A DNA stretch of 64,000 nucleotides from Bugula neritina (Eukaryota > Animalia > Bryozoa): positions 1,922,001 to 1,986,000 of the forward strand of contig OZ037772.1 in the NCBI GenBank assembly GCA_964035545.1, written 5' to 3'. The position numbers and the translations under genes are program-made. Below the pieces are notes generated by a model. It searched no databases and was not told the DNA's origin. It saw only the letters and a program-made list of their open reading frames with translations. Position 1 is the stretch's first letter. The number at the start of each line of letters is the position of its first letter. This document shows, piece after piece, positions 1 to 12,914 of this stretch.

Positions 1-21
1 GTCTTACATTATATGCTTTAG

Positions 22-120
22 TGCGTTGGTAACCCAGATGAAGGGTTGGAGTTGGATTTTGCTCAGTGGGCTGACCATCCTTATGATTATGATTATGATA
101 GTCTGCTATGCACTCTGTAA
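22..120 (+). CDS. Probable terminal exon of a gene extending left of the window (CVGNPDEGLELDFAQWADHPYDYDYDSLLCTL*)
   Basis: tttag acceptor ending at 21, 33 open codons ending in TAA at 118-120, AATAAA at 255-260; product not recognised. Confidence 0.45.
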   Translation, partial: CVGNPDEGLELDFAQWADHPYDYDYDSLLCTL

Positions 121-762
121 TCTACAGCCACCATTGGTGACTGATGAAATTTAGAATTTGAAGTAAAAATGTGTTATTTTTACCTGTGCCATTTTACTAG
201 AAATCTATATCTAGCTTTTATATAATATTCTTGTAATTTTTCATCATAGCAATGAATAAATTACATTGTTTCCACACTAATATTTCATATATTTATAGTT
301 TATTTGAAAGCTTACGTTGTTTATTGTGGATGCAGTTGACTGCTGCAGAAACTGCCTACTATTTTCAAAATTTAAAAGGAAAACAAGTTCTTGGTGCAGA
401 AGTGGCAGAATATGTAAAACAAATTTTTTCAAATTGAAGGTAAAAAATGGGGTCATTTCAGCATTCATAAGCTGCACATAATAGCTTATGTGTATATTTA
501 TATGGTGTGGACTTGCTATTACTGTGAGCTACAATATTACCAGCATGGGTGGTTGATTTAACCTCTTATTAGTTCCCATGGCTTACATACAATAAAATTC
601 TAGTTGAATAGAATATTTACTATTGTAAAGTACAAAACAAATGACCAGAATATTTCATTTGTTAAACAGAAATTTTGTAATACTACTGTGGATTGGCTAC
701 TGTACATTAGCTAGATGTAGGCGGAGTCTACGCTAACCAGCCATCCAGATGCATATACTAAA

Positions 763-1166
763 GGGCCATTCAAAAACCAGCCAAACAAAGTCATGTACCA
801 AATTCACAGATGTTTACTGCAAGCTTCCAATGCTAAACAATAACCCATTCAAGCTGCAACAACAAATAACTACTAAGCTGGCAGTTATGTAATAATTGGC
901 CTTAAGTTGCAAAAGTGTACCAGGTCATTTTTCTAGACATGCAATTTTTAATAGCATTTTATAAACCCTTAATTTAGACATTTTAAAAAATCATTTCAAG
1001 AGTCATCAATTTAAGATTTTAAATTAAATAATGCATGAAAAAAAAGTTGCACAACTAGCTTCTAGAAGCATGCATTTTGCAATTGAACTTGCAGAATTTT
1101 ATATCAGTTACAATGCTAAGACATTGACCTGGTACACTTCGCTGATTGGCTGAGTTTTACATGGTC
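763..1166. mobile_element. Possible MITE / degenerate TIR element
   Basis: Perfect 15-bp inverted repeat aagtgtaccaggtca (913-927) / tgacctggtacactt (1125-1139); outer imperfect inverted match 763-798 vs 1131-1166. Confidence 0.4.
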
Positions 1167-1194
1167 TATTGTATGGTTTTTATGACTTTAAAAT

Positions 1195-1950
1195 CCGTTT
1201 TTGAGAAGCAAGGCTAGATAGAAATTAATGATCGATATTGACTCGCTAAGAGTACTCATGTAAACCCGCAAACTACAACTTTTAACTTGATCGCAAAGCT
1301 GGAAGTACGATAAGCGTCGCCGTATTGATTTCAGGCGAATTTTAGCTTATTTCTTTCAAACTGCTGAGAAGTAATATTTGCTTCCATTTTATGTCTGTAT
1401 CAGACATCAGGGCTATCGCGATACAATTATAAATGTTCTTAATTCTATCAATATTATGAAATAATTAATGTAGGAAATTCAATTTTGACTATATAGAATA
1501 ATCTCAATCTGAATAAGTAGTATTTATTTATTGTAACACTTGCACTTCGTCTTACTCTCACTCTTAGTCAGATAACATAGTACATACTGATACTCATACT
1601 CAATCCCATACTCAATCTCATACTGAGTCCGATACTCATAGTCATAGTGATAGTCTTTGCCATTTATTGCTAGATAATTTAAGCTAGTACTAGTACTACT
1701 ACTAGTAGTACTACTACTAGTACTAGTACTAATAATCACAGTAGTAATACTAATACTAATAGTAATAGTATTAGAGTAAATGTAATACTTATACTAATAC
1801 TAATACTAATAGTAATACTACCACTAGTAGTAGCAGTAGTGCTAGTAGTAGTAGGCTACATGATGATGATCATTATGATTATGATTATGAAGATGGTTAT
1901 TACTATAACTATTACGGTATGAGTATAACTATAACTGTATTAGTATTTGA
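1195..1950. promoter_or_regulatory. CpG-containing core (about 1195-1425) followed by ACT/AGT/TAG low-complexity tract; promoter-like
   Basis: Local cluster of CpG in a CpG-poor background; same layout recurs at 14.0 kb and 55.6 kb. Confidence 0.3.
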
Positions 1951-2557
1951 TTTTATTTTGCATTGCTAATTGAAGACCATGCGTTAAAATTAACTGTTTC
2001 TCTCTTTTCTAAGGTACATTTCAAGTTGCACACTAATAGACATATATGCTTTCAATTTTTTTGGTCTATCTTTAAGTTGTGAAACTTGACCAGTATGACT
2101 ACGACTAACTGTAACTAGAATAAAAAATTGGATGATAGAGAAGTTCCATACAGTTACACCTCCTTTGACTTGTGCTACCGTCGGTAGTGCTAAAAGAGTG
2201 GAGCCAAAGAAAAGCATAATCACAGAATTCACAGCCTGCTGGTTTGAGATTTTTGTGTTCTAGAGATTGTACTGGGTTACAGAGATCTTTTTCCGTCTGT
2301 GAATTTTTGATCCCTGCGGTTGTTTCTGACTGTGAGTAGTTGGAGGTGTTGAGGGAGTGGGCTCACTTGGTAGGTTATATTATTGTAATCATATTAACCA
2401 ACTTGACAGTTTACTAATTCATTGTCTAACTCTGTCTGTCTTAATCTAGTAACACTATTTATTTATTTATTTACTTATTAATTTATTTATTTGACTAAAT
2501 CTTGTCTGTCTTTGTCTAGTAACACTATTTATTTATTTACTTATTAATTTAATTAAA

Positions 2558-3977
2558 TTACTGGTTTATATTACCAAGTTATATTACTAGTTTATGTTAC
2601 CAAGTTATATTACTAGTTTATATTACCAAGTTATATTACTAGTTTATGTTACCAAGTTATATTACTAGTTAATGTTACCAAGTTATATCACTAGTTTATG
2701 TTACCAAGTTATATTACTAGTTTATATTACCAAGTTATATTACTAGTTTATGTTACCAAGTTATATTACTAGTTTATATTACCAAGTTATATTACTAGTT
2801 TATGTTACCAAGTTATATTACTAGTTAATGTTACCAAGTTATATCACTAGTTTATGTTACCAAGTTAAATTACTAGTTTATTTTACCAAGTTATATTACC
2901 AAGTTATATTACCAATTTAGATTACCAAGTTATATTACTAGTTTATGTTACCAAGTTATATTAACAGTTTATGTTACCAAGTTATATTACTAATTAATGT
3001 TACCAAGTTATATTACTAGTTCATGTTACCAAGTTATATTACTAGTTTATGTTACCAAGTTATATTACTAGTTTATATTACCAAGTTATATTACTAGTTT
3101 ATATTACCAAGTTATATTACTAGTTTATATTACCAGGTTATATTACTAGTTAATGTTACCAAGTTATATTACTAGTTTATGTTACCAAGTTATATTACTA
3201 GTTTATATTACCAAGTTATATTACCAGTTTATGTTACCAAGTTATATTACCAGTTTATGTTACCAAGTTATATTACCGGTTTATGTTAACAAGTTATATT
3301 ACTAGTTTATGTTACCAAGTTATCTTACTAGTTTATATTACCAGGTTATATTACTAGTTTATGTTACCAAGTTATATTACTAATTAATGTTACCAAGTTA
3401 TATTACTAGTTCATGTTACCAAGTTATATTACTAGTTAATTTTTACCAAGTTATATTACTAGTTTTTGTTACCAAGTTATATTACTAGTTTATGTTACCA
3501 AGTTATATTACTAGTTTATGTTACCAGTTTATATTACCAAGTTATATTACTAGTTTATATTACCAAGTTATATTACTAGTTTATATTACCAGGTTATATT
3601 ACTAGTTTATGTTACCAAGTTATATTAACAGTTTATGTTACCAAGTTATATTACTAGTTTATATTACCAGGTTATATTACTAGTTTATGTTACCAAGTTA
3701 TATTAACAGTTTATGTTACCAAGTTATATTACTAATTAATGTTACCAAGTTATATTACTAGTTCATGTTACCAAGTTATATTACTAGTTAATTTTTACCA
3801 AGTTATATTACTAGTTTATGTTACCAAGTTATATCACTAGTTTATATTACCAAGTTATATTACAAGTTTATATTACCAAGTTATATTACTAGTTTATATT
3901 ACCAAGTTATATTACAAGTTTATGTTACCAAGTTATATTACTAGTTTATATCACCAAGTTATCTTACTAGTTTATAC
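2558..3977. repeat. Minisatellite: 13-bp unit arranged as 26-bp dimer (ttaccaagttata + ttactagtttatg)
   Basis: About 1.4 kb tandem array read directly. Confidence 0.95.
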
Positions 3978-4076
3978 TGCTAGTATTCAACAACTACCCT
4001 CCATCACATCTCAACTCTGACGCAACTAAGCTGACTAATCATCCGTATAGTTTATAGTTTATGTTGAACTCTTCAG

Positions 4077-5012
4077 ACCCTGAGAACTGTGCGTGTGGCT
4101 TCACCTGCGAGTGTGGTGCCTGTGTTGGGGTATGTGACCTTGACAGAGACTGTGGGAAGCTTCTGATCTGTTTGGAGAAAAGATGTTATCAGCAGGCCTC
4201 ACCAGATGACAGAACTGTTGTCTAGGATCTTTATCACTCTGAACTAGTAGAATGTTCTTCAGGTTTGAATGCGAAATCTTTGTTCTAAACTCTATTAGAG
4301 TTTAAAAGTGTTGCTTTCTGTTGTACTTATATCTGTGCTGGCCAGGATTTTTGAATGATTTTTGTTATGTATTTACATAACAGAGTGTAAACTTAAAGCT
4401 GAATTTGCTTTATTTTCTACATATTTTGGTTTGCGATTTTTCAGTAGAAACGATGCATCACACTTGGTGTGATTATCAGCATTTTTTGCAGGCGCTTCTA
4501 TCCGTGTACTGACAACACAGCCTGTCCTAGTGATGGACAGATATGTCGCCATGGTGTCTGTAAAGAGGGCTGTCAGGTGAGTAGTCGCTATGACTTACAC
4601 TGCGAGTTATTGATGACTTTCATACTATGAGTTGTGACTACCTACTATAATTTATACTGCGAGTCCAAGTAGCTGCTGTAACTTATGCTGTGAGTCATGA
4701 CTAACTGAAATCACTTATACTGTGAGTCATGACTAACTGATATCACTTATACTGTGAGTCAATTATCAAAAATAGCAAAGAAGTAGAGATATTTTGTGTA
4801 TGTGAGATATGTGAGGTTATTTAGTGACTAGTTTGCTATTTATAGAGTTTTGTTTCTATTAATAGACTGTACTAAAGATGAACAATATGGATCTGAGTTT
4901 ACTGAATGCATATCCAACATATGCTATCAGCTTTATCCTCTCAACAATCCAGATCTTTCTGATGCTGAGCAGGACAGACTCTTTGATGATCCGCTGGATC
5001 TACAGAATGATG
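4077..5012 (+). pseudogene. Three Cys-rich exons (about 4077-4262, 4492-4576, 4866-5012); possible N-terminal part of the downstream collagen pseudogene
   Basis: AG/GT-bounded segments encoding PENCACGFTCECGACVGVCDLDRDCGKLLICLEKRCYQ..., RFYPCTDNTACPSDGQICRHGVCKEGCQ, CTKDEQYGSEFTECISNICYQ...; in-frame TAG in the first exon; exon phases do not join cleanly. Confidence 0.55.
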
Positions 5013-5016
5013 GTAA

Positions 5017-5378
5017 GTTACTCTGTTAGTATAGTTACTCTGTTAGTATAGTTACTCTGTTAGTATAGTTACTCTGTTAGTATAATTACTCTGTTGGTAC
5101 AGTTACTCTGTTAGTATAGTTACTCTGTTAGTACAGTTACTCTGTTAGTATAGTTACTCTGTTAGTATAATTACTCTGTTGGTACAGTTACTCTGTTAGT
5201 ATAGTTACTCTGTTAGTACAGTTACTCTGTTAGTACAGTCACTCTGTTAGTATAGTTACTCTGTTAGTACAGTTACTCTGTTAGTACAGTTACTCTGTTA
5301 GTACAGTTACTCTGTTAGTATAGTTACTCTGTTAGTATAGTTACTCTGTTAGTATAATTACTCTGTTAGTATAGTTAC
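5017..5378. repeat. Minisatellite, 17-bp unit gttactctgttagtata, starting within the splice donor
   Basis: Tandem array read directly. Confidence 0.95.
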
Positions 5379-5479
5379 AGTAAAAGTTTGCTAGTCATAA
5401 TAACTTGCACTGTTAGTTGCTGGACAAGTTATTCTACATCTCTTGTAGCCACAACCAAAGTGGTGTCTATATATCCTGC

Positions 5480-5931
5480 TAGTGACTTGAGTAATGACTC
5501 ATATGTAATTGTAATTGATTTTTGCAATTACTTTACAATTACATCTCAATTACTTTAAACTTTTAAATCTTAAAATCTTAAGAAATTTATTCTTTTTTAG
5601 CATGACTACTGTTAATTAACAAGTACAGATTAAGTCAATGTAGTATAGTATCACTTTTGCGAACAAAGCACGTTCACCCCTGTCAAAATTGCCCCTGCTA
5701 GGTGGACCCTAGAGGTGAAATTGCATAACTTCCATTTGTCCTTTGTGAGAACAAAAGTAATTGTAATTGTAATTATTTGCATTGCCATGTAATTGTAATT
5801 AATTGCTTTACAATGTAATTTTGTACTGTAATTAATTACATTTATTTCAACTGTAATTATAATTGTAATTGACAAATTCTCATGTAATTGTAATTAATTA
5901 CATTCACATGTAATTGACCCCAACAACCCTG
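5480..5931. mobile_element. Non-autonomous DNA element rich in gtaatt/aattac subrepeats
   Basis: Clusters of gtaattgtaatt near both ends; ends in aattgaccccaacaaccctg, resembling a hAT-like CAGGG terminus; left end uncertain. Confidence 0.35.
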
Positions 5932-6541
5932 GTTTATTATGGAGCTCATACTTTTTTTGTTCAAGGTCTAGATGTATTCTCCACCATGTTTTTACTAGAA
6001 GTAAACTTTAATTTGGTAATAAGTTTAAAATAAACTGTTGTTTGGCATTGTACAGTTTACTATTGCCTGAATATTGTATTGAGAATATTGGCTTAACAAT
6101 TCCAGTGCAGCGATGTGATTGGCTTGACAGTATCAAAGTAGTGATGTGATTGGCTACTCTGTTCTGTTTTGCAGGGCCATGCCTACTTGTATTATGTGTT
6201 AATCTTGTTTTGCAGTGAACAGAAAGGGAGAATGGGTCCCAAAAGACACCCGGGATCTTACAGAACTGATGGTGAGGAAGGGTTCACCCGATGTTGGTGG
6301 CCTGCCTGGTATATCCGGCAATCCTGGAGATGCAGGAGAAAGGAGACCACCTTGTCTTGCAGGAGATACCGGAGTTCTTGGAGAACCAGGTAATGTTTAC
6401 GCTCAATTGAGTTAAATCTGTCAAGTTATGTTGGGATCTTTTCCGTTTTCGTTATTTTATGTTTGTTACGTGGAAAAAGGAAAAAAATCTGTCTTGGAGC
6501 ATTTTGGTTTTTTCAGAGAGCTTTGGATTGTTTGATTATGC

Positions 6542-6905
6542 TCTACACAGGGGTGTAGAGCATAATCTAGACAGGGGTGTAGACAAACTAAACTACACAG
6601 GGGTGTAGACAGACTAAACTACATAGGGGTGTAGACAGACTAAACTACATAGGGGTGTAGACAGACTAAACTACATAGGGGTGTAGACAGACAAAACTTA
6701 CTACGAACTTATAACTACCTTGCATCATGTCGTCATGACGTCTCTATTTTATTCTGTCTACACAGGGGTGTAGACAGAATAAAATACACAGGGCTGTAAA
6801 CAGACTAAACTACACAAGGCTGTAGACAGACTAGACTAACCAGTGGTCTAGATGGACTAAACCTCCTACGAACTTACAATTACCTTGCGTCATGACGTCT
6901 CTATT
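6542..6905. repeat. Intronic 26-bp tandem repeat (actacacaggggtgtagacagactaa) with an internal hairpin and a duplicated about 50-bp tail
   Basis: Unit contains ctacac-aggg-gtgtag inverted pair; 6697-6747 is repeated at 6861-6905. Confidence 0.85.
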
Positions 6906-7176
6906 CTCTCCTATAATTTGACTTTTATTTAGCGAGCAGATTTCTAGTAGGCTATACTATAGTGACCAGTCACACTGTTTATTATAGCAACATAGAAATC
7001 AAGTTGAAAACTAGTTGCACCTGTTGTGATGATATCAATGGGTGCTTACAGGTAGAGACGGAGTACCTGGACCTGTTGAGATTGGATATCAGGGTAAACA
7101 AGGAGATCAAGGTCCTGCAGGTAAGAATGAGGAGTTACTCACCCTTGCTTGTGTATTTCTGTTCTTTTTAGGTATT

Positions 7177-7447
7177 CTATAATATGCTGGGGTTTCCCTC
7201 ACAGCTATTATATATGCTGGAATTCCCCTCACACCTATGATATATGCCGGGGTTTCCCTCACAGCTATTATATATGCTGGAATTCCTCTCACAGCTATGC
7301 TATATGCTGGGGTTTCCCTCACAGCTATGCTATATGCTGGGGTTTCCCTCACAGCTATTATATATGCTGGAATTCCTCTCACAGCTATGCTATATGCTGG
7401 GGTTTCCCTCACAGATATGCTATATGCTGGGGTTCTCCTCACAGCTA
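7177..7447. repeat. Intronic 30-bp minisatellite (ctattatatatgctggggtttccctcacag)
   Basis: About 9 tandem copies; explains the repetitive ORFs at 7107-7603. Confidence 0.95.
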
Positions 7448-10150
7448 GTCTGCACTAAGGCAGGGAGTAGGCTAAATAATCATATTGAATCCCAGCAGTG
7501 CTTGTTACTTCAACTGGCAGGATTACTATGTATGATAGTTACTCTGACTGGTTTTCATGGATCATTTTTACCATATTGTTTGCCACATGATGCATTGTCT
7601 TAGTAAAAACAAGAAAACAAAGAAATATACCAGAAATGTTGAGAAATGTGGTGTTCCAGAATTAATAAATGACCACTTGTAATGCATACTGATGCTGCTT
7701 GGTTAGTAGGACCTGTCGAACAAGGTGGAGAACCTGGTCTGGATGGCAGAAATGGAAAGACAGGAGAAACTGCACGAACTGGTATGCCTGGTCCAACCGG
7801 CTCAAAGGGGGGTCACTGGAGAACCCGGATCTGATGGAAGGTATTTTTTGTGCTTTACTCTACCCTATTCAGCTTCTTGGAACTTTTTATGTGATTTAGT
7901 TTTTATAATTTGTTGTCAATTTTTTCAGAGACGGTTTACCTGGAGTACTGGGTGCTGATGGTAGACCTGGGGAGCAGGGTGATCAAGGACCTCCTGGCTC
8001 CATGGATCCAGTGGGAATCCCCGGTAACCAGGGACCTGAAGGTGCTCAAGGAGACAAGGGTGATAAGGCAGGAACATTCTTTATTCAGTTTTCTATTTAT
8101 TTCAGTTCTCTGGTTTTCCACTAGTCAATCCTGTAGTTGTTTATTTGTTTTAGTTTATTTATGTTAATACTAGAGTTGCTTCAGTGACATCACATCATGT
8201 AATATATTACATAACAGTGCAGTATAATACACCATAATATAATATGTTATACAATACAATAATATTACAGAAAATATGATTCACTAATATCTCACAGCTA
8301 AGTTGTGTCTCCTAAATATATTCATTACTATAGGGACCAGCTGGGCCACAGGGTGCTTCTGGACCAACTGGATTGTCCGGGCCAACTGGTTCTCGGGGAC
8401 CCCACGGAGCTTCCGGGAATTCCCGGCGAACAAGGACCTAAAGGTATGAATGAAGTTGAACCAATCGTTGTCCTTAGTTATTGGCCATCAACAGAAGTAT
8501 GGCTCTAAGAGTTTTCCTACCTGGTAAGGAGATAAGGCAACTCCTAACTCATGATAATATGAATGGTGCTGCTGTAGGACCCACTGGTTTCCAGGGACCT
8601 CAGGGATTTCCCAGATCTCCCGGTATTTATGATGCAAGGGGAGATGTCGGATCACTTGGTATTGCTGAACCACCCGGGCTACGGGGTGCAGACGGCAAAG
8701 AAGGAATTACTGGTTCTCCTGGTGCTATGGGTGCTATGGCACCACCTGGACCTGATGGTGCTAAGGTAAACACTTACACTGTTAACAGGTTATTGTTATT
8801 CATCTTGTTGGTTTAGTGGTAATAAACCAATAGTTTGTATTTCTAGGGTGAACAAGGGAGAGATGGGGAAATGGGTAGTCCTGGCAGTCCTGGACCTCCT
8901 GGTGAAGCCCCAGTATTTGGTTAGTTATTAGCAAAACCAAGTTATCGTTCATCACTTGTATCTTTTTCATTCTCTTTCAACTGTTTATTGGTAATATTTT
9001 GGGAATTTCATCTATAGCTTGTGATTGAAGCTTTTATTTTATTCTACCATGGGTTATGTTAGGTGCGCCCCCTATGATGATGAGTGCAATGATGTCCAAC
9101 GGTAAAGGTGTACAAGCTGATGATGCAGGCGCCAACAATGAGCTCTATAATATGTACCTCAGTGAGTAATAGCCATGACGTGCTTTGATGTTGCCCGATT
9201 TGTAGTGGAATGGCCTTTTTGAATGCTGTTTTGGGACTCAAATGACGGACCTGTTTCAAATTGTTGTATGTTTTTGCAAATGAACAATTTTATAATTAAC
9301 TGCTAGAAACTATTGTAATAAAACTATAGACAGCTGTTATAATGTATTTCTCCTCCTAGCATTGATGATTGACATTCTTGTTTGATGAGTCACCTATTTA
9401 GTTCGTTTCTCCAGTTAAATGTTGCTACATTCTGACAGATTATATAATGTTGGTTTTATTGCTGTTAGCTTACATAACTACTTTCACCTTATTTCTCTAG
9501 AAACAAAAGTAAGAGACGGGTCCAAAGACAGCCCTGTTAGAGACTGTAGAGAACTCTTCACTGAAAACCCAAAGTTCAAGAGTGAAACTTATTGGGTGAG
9601 AGAAGATGCTGATATGTTTCTATTTTCTCTGCTCAGAGGAAATCTGTATCCAAGTCTTACGACTGAAATTTTGTGAACATGTTTTACATTCTACAATTAC
9701 TACTCCTGAGATGTCAATATAATGTCATGTGAAGTTTCTACAGATATTTAATGAATTGTTGTTTAGGAAGAAGAGTTTTCCCATAAGCTGCCTGTAGTAT
9801 ATAATTCTGTAGATTCAACAGCTGAACATGTTTTAGTAGTTTTATTTGATATTAGCATTATGTTAGTGTGAAATAGAGAAGTTGTATTCTCTATTGTTTG
9901 TTGTCAGGTGGATCCAGATGGTGGCTCCATAGCTAATGCTATCCAGGCTTACTGTCGCAAGGAAATGAAGAGCACTTGTATCAATGCCAAGACCTTCGAG
10001 TTTGCCACCAAATCGTATGTCACCCAGCAGCTAGATAATCAGCCATTTGTTGCTAAACACATGGGAACAACAATTGTGAGTGTTTATCTTGCATCAACCA
10101 TGACTTTCTCAGTAATACTTGAGAATATTCAAAAGTTTTATGTTGAGAAT

Positions 10151-10321
10151 TGTCGCTATAGTAACATATTTGTTTACTGTATGGATGTTGATAAGTGTTG
10201 CTATAGTAACATGTTGGTTTCCTGTATGGATGTTGATAAGTGTTGCTATAGTAACATGTTGATTTCCTGTATGGATGTTGATAAGTGTTGCTATAGTAAC
10301 ATGTTGATTTCCTGTATGGAT
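10151..10321. repeat. Intronic 45-bp tandem repeat
   Basis: tgttgctatagtaacatgttgatttcctgtatggatgttgataag about 4 copies; shorter version at about 25310-25440. Confidence 0.9.
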
Positions 10322-10707
10322 TGTAGTTTGAGTATCAGGCAGAGTTTTCCCAACTCAACTTCCTTCGAATTCACTCTGAGAGAGCAAAGCAAACCCTGAC
10401 TGACAGGTAATAGTCACTGCTAGCAGCTTATCAGATAGTCACTAGTTACTAAGCACCAGATATTAGTCCTCTACTATGTTGCTAGTCACTTGATAATCTG
10501 AACAATCACTGGCTTCTTCTTAAGCTGAGTGAGTTGTTGGTATGACTATTCCTTTTGCTGATTGTAGATGTATAAACTCAGTGGCAGTAGAAGATGCATG
10601 CGGTAGGAAGAATAAGTCAGTCATTTTATATACAGCTGGTGATAAAGAATACACAGCGACAGATAGCAGCTTCCAATCTTCCGTGCTGCAGAATGATTGC
10701 AAGGTAT

Positions 10708-10893
10708 GTAAATCCGACCTATATAGCGTAAATCAGACCTATATACTGTAAATCTGACCTATATACTGTGAATCTGACCTATATACTGTAAATCTGACGT
10801 ATATAATGTAAATCTGACCTATATAGTGTAAATTTGATTTATATAGTGTAAATCTGACCTATATAGTGTAAATCTAATCTATATAGTGTAAAT
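10708..10893. repeat. Intronic 20-bp tandem repeat (gtaaatctgacctatatagt)
   Basis: About 9 copies; about 4 copies in the duplicate at 25846-25918. Confidence 0.9.
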
Positions 10894-11924
10894 TCTACTT
10901 ACATATGAACATGATTGCGATAGTTGCATCTTTTTTTCTATTAAGATGCAATATAGCTTGCCTTTGAGGCTTTTTAACAACTACTTATGAGTTCAACCCA
11001 AAAGCCACTTTGATTTCTGTGCAAGTTTAGAATTTTGAGTTTGCCCTCTGCCATTTTGTAGTATTCCAAATACCATCAGAAGCTCTGACAGTGATTGAGA
11101 TTGACACCAAGACCCCCACCCACTTGCCTATTATTGACATAGCTCCTGGTGACATCGGGACCACCCACAAAGAGTTTGGGGTTCAGCTTGGAGAAGTCTG
11201 CTTTTCATAGACTCATATCTAACAACAGTTTTATTTGTCTGATTTGTAAGACTGTCCCTGATTAGATAATTAGTGGCCAATCAGAGAATGCAATCAATGT
11301 TTGGTTGGCTGACACCAGCAGTCTGATTTTTATATAACCCAATTTTTAAATGAAAGATTTGATTACTCTAAATAAATTTATCCGAGACTTCCAAGGCAGT
11401 GACGGTGATTTTTGTACATATAAATTTGAAGAAGTTTAGCTATAGGGTTTATGCTGTTTTTTAATTATTCCACCATAACCTGAGATTGTGAGTAGTGATT
11501 CTAGAATGAGATAGGGAGGGTGTTATGCCCCTCCCTATGATTTTATATATTTAGAAACTGTTGTTTGTTTAGCAATTCTGTTGGTGCTACATTTTTGAAT
11601 TTATTTAATCCAATCATTTCTCTAATATTGCAAAATATATTTTACCATACAGCACTACACAACTTATTTCTCAGCTTGTAAATTTCATCATCAAAATTAT
11701 TATAGTACTAAAGTTGGTCACAGATTTCTGATAAGCTGCAGTTTTCAGATCTGATTATTTAACCTATTCATCCTGAAATGAGACATTGTTAGTTTAAAAT
11801 GGAATTTTACATATATTTTAGTTACTTAGTTCCAACTGTGTGGACCATATCAACATGTTAAATTTTACTTTGGCTGCTATGAAGTATATAAGCAAATGGC
11901 ATTAAGTTATTAATATATAATAAG

Positions 11925-12258
11925 GTTTGCAAAAACTTAATATACCAAGCAACTGTGACAAGACATGACAATAACTCCAGCCAATCATACATAGGACTCT
12001 GTTCAACTACCTTCAAAGCCAGACTCAACAACCATAAAGCCTCTTTCCTACATGCAGATAAAGCCAACAGCACACAACTCAGCAGACACATCCGGGATTT
12101 AGAACAAAAATAACACGAAATTCAGCCTAAAATGGATCATTTTAAAATTTTGTAAATCTTACTAAAACCTAATCAACAGATGTAACTTATGTAGCTATGA
12201 GAAATAATTAATTTTTAAACAACCGGAGTTATCCACTCTCAACAAACGCAAAGAGTGA
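11925..12258 (+). mobile_element. Degenerate GIY-YIG endonuclease fragment from a second Penelope-like clade (tentatively Naiad-like)
   Basis: KNLIYQATVTRHDNNSSQSYIGLCSTTFKARLNNHKASF...STQLSRHI, frameshift, then KWIILK...RCNLCSYEK*LIFKQPELSTLNKRKE; stops present. Confidence 0.8.
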
Positions 12259-12457
12259 AGTGTGAAAATTCCATGCTAGTGACCTGCCACACACAGCGCG
12301 TGTGTTGCGAGTGCAAAATATTATTAGCAAATGATGTTAGCGTTAAACTTTACTGCTCGCCTACAGATGTTTGTTTTTAAACAGCGTCACCGGGCAAAGT
12401 AATTTGGATATTATAAAAGCGGAAATGTAAAATATATAAAACTGTTTTAATTCAGCT

Positions 12458-12818
12458 CAGTATATTATGTTATACAGTATATTATGTTATACAGTATATT
12501 ATGTTATACAGTATATATACTATGTTATACAGTATATTATGTTATACAGTATATTATGTTATAAAGTATATTATGTTATACAGTATACTATGTTATACAG
12601 TATATTATGTTATACAGTATATTATGTTATACAGTATACTATGTTATACAGTATATTATGTTATACAGTATTTTATGTTATACAGTATACTATGTTATAC
12701 AGTATATTATGTTATACAGTATTTTATGTTATACAGTATACTATGTTATACAGTATACTATGTTATACAGTATACTATGTTATACAGTATATTATGTTAT
12801 ACAGTATATTATGTTATA
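12458..12818. repeat. Minisatellite, 17-bp unit cagtatattatgttata
   Basis: Tandem array; explains ORFs 12467-12950. Confidence 0.95.
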
Positions 12819-12914
12819 TTAATCAACATACAAATGAGATGCTCTTGTCAGTCTATTATTATACACTGGAACTGGGTTACTCTCTCACCTCCCCTCACCT
12901 TAGCTCAGCTAGAC

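Larger units (their letters stand above)
6219..11210 (+). pseudogene. Fibrillar collagen alpha-chain pseudogene (partial triple helix + C-telopeptide + COLFI C-propeptide)
   Basis: Gly-X-Y exons about 6219-6389, 7052-7120, 7710-7840, 7929-8067, 8334-8443, 8578-8765, 8847-8919; telopeptide exon 9063-9161 with QADDA; COLFI exons 9501-9595 (DGSKDSPVRDCREL...YW), 9908-10075 (VDPDGGSIANAIQAYC), 10327-10406 (QLNFLRIHSERAKQTLT), 10568-10703, 11062-11210 (LPIIDIAPGDIG...EFGVQLGEVCFS*). At least four frameshifts and many Gly->Arg/Asp/Glu/Ala/Cys changes. Confidence 0.9.

Noticed and set aside
2558-3977. Regular arrays as possible CRISPR
   Set aside because: Head-to-tail units with no unique spacers, no cas genes, eukaryotic context
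7107-7603. Repetitive ORFs in several frames (also 12467-12950, 60659-61169)
   Set aside because: Stop-free minisatellite or trinucleotide repeats, not proteins
11511-11538. 10-bp stem hairpin atagggaggg/ccctccctat downstream of the collagen stop
   Set aside because: Isolated; not a histone stem-loop, and bacterial-type terminators do not apply here
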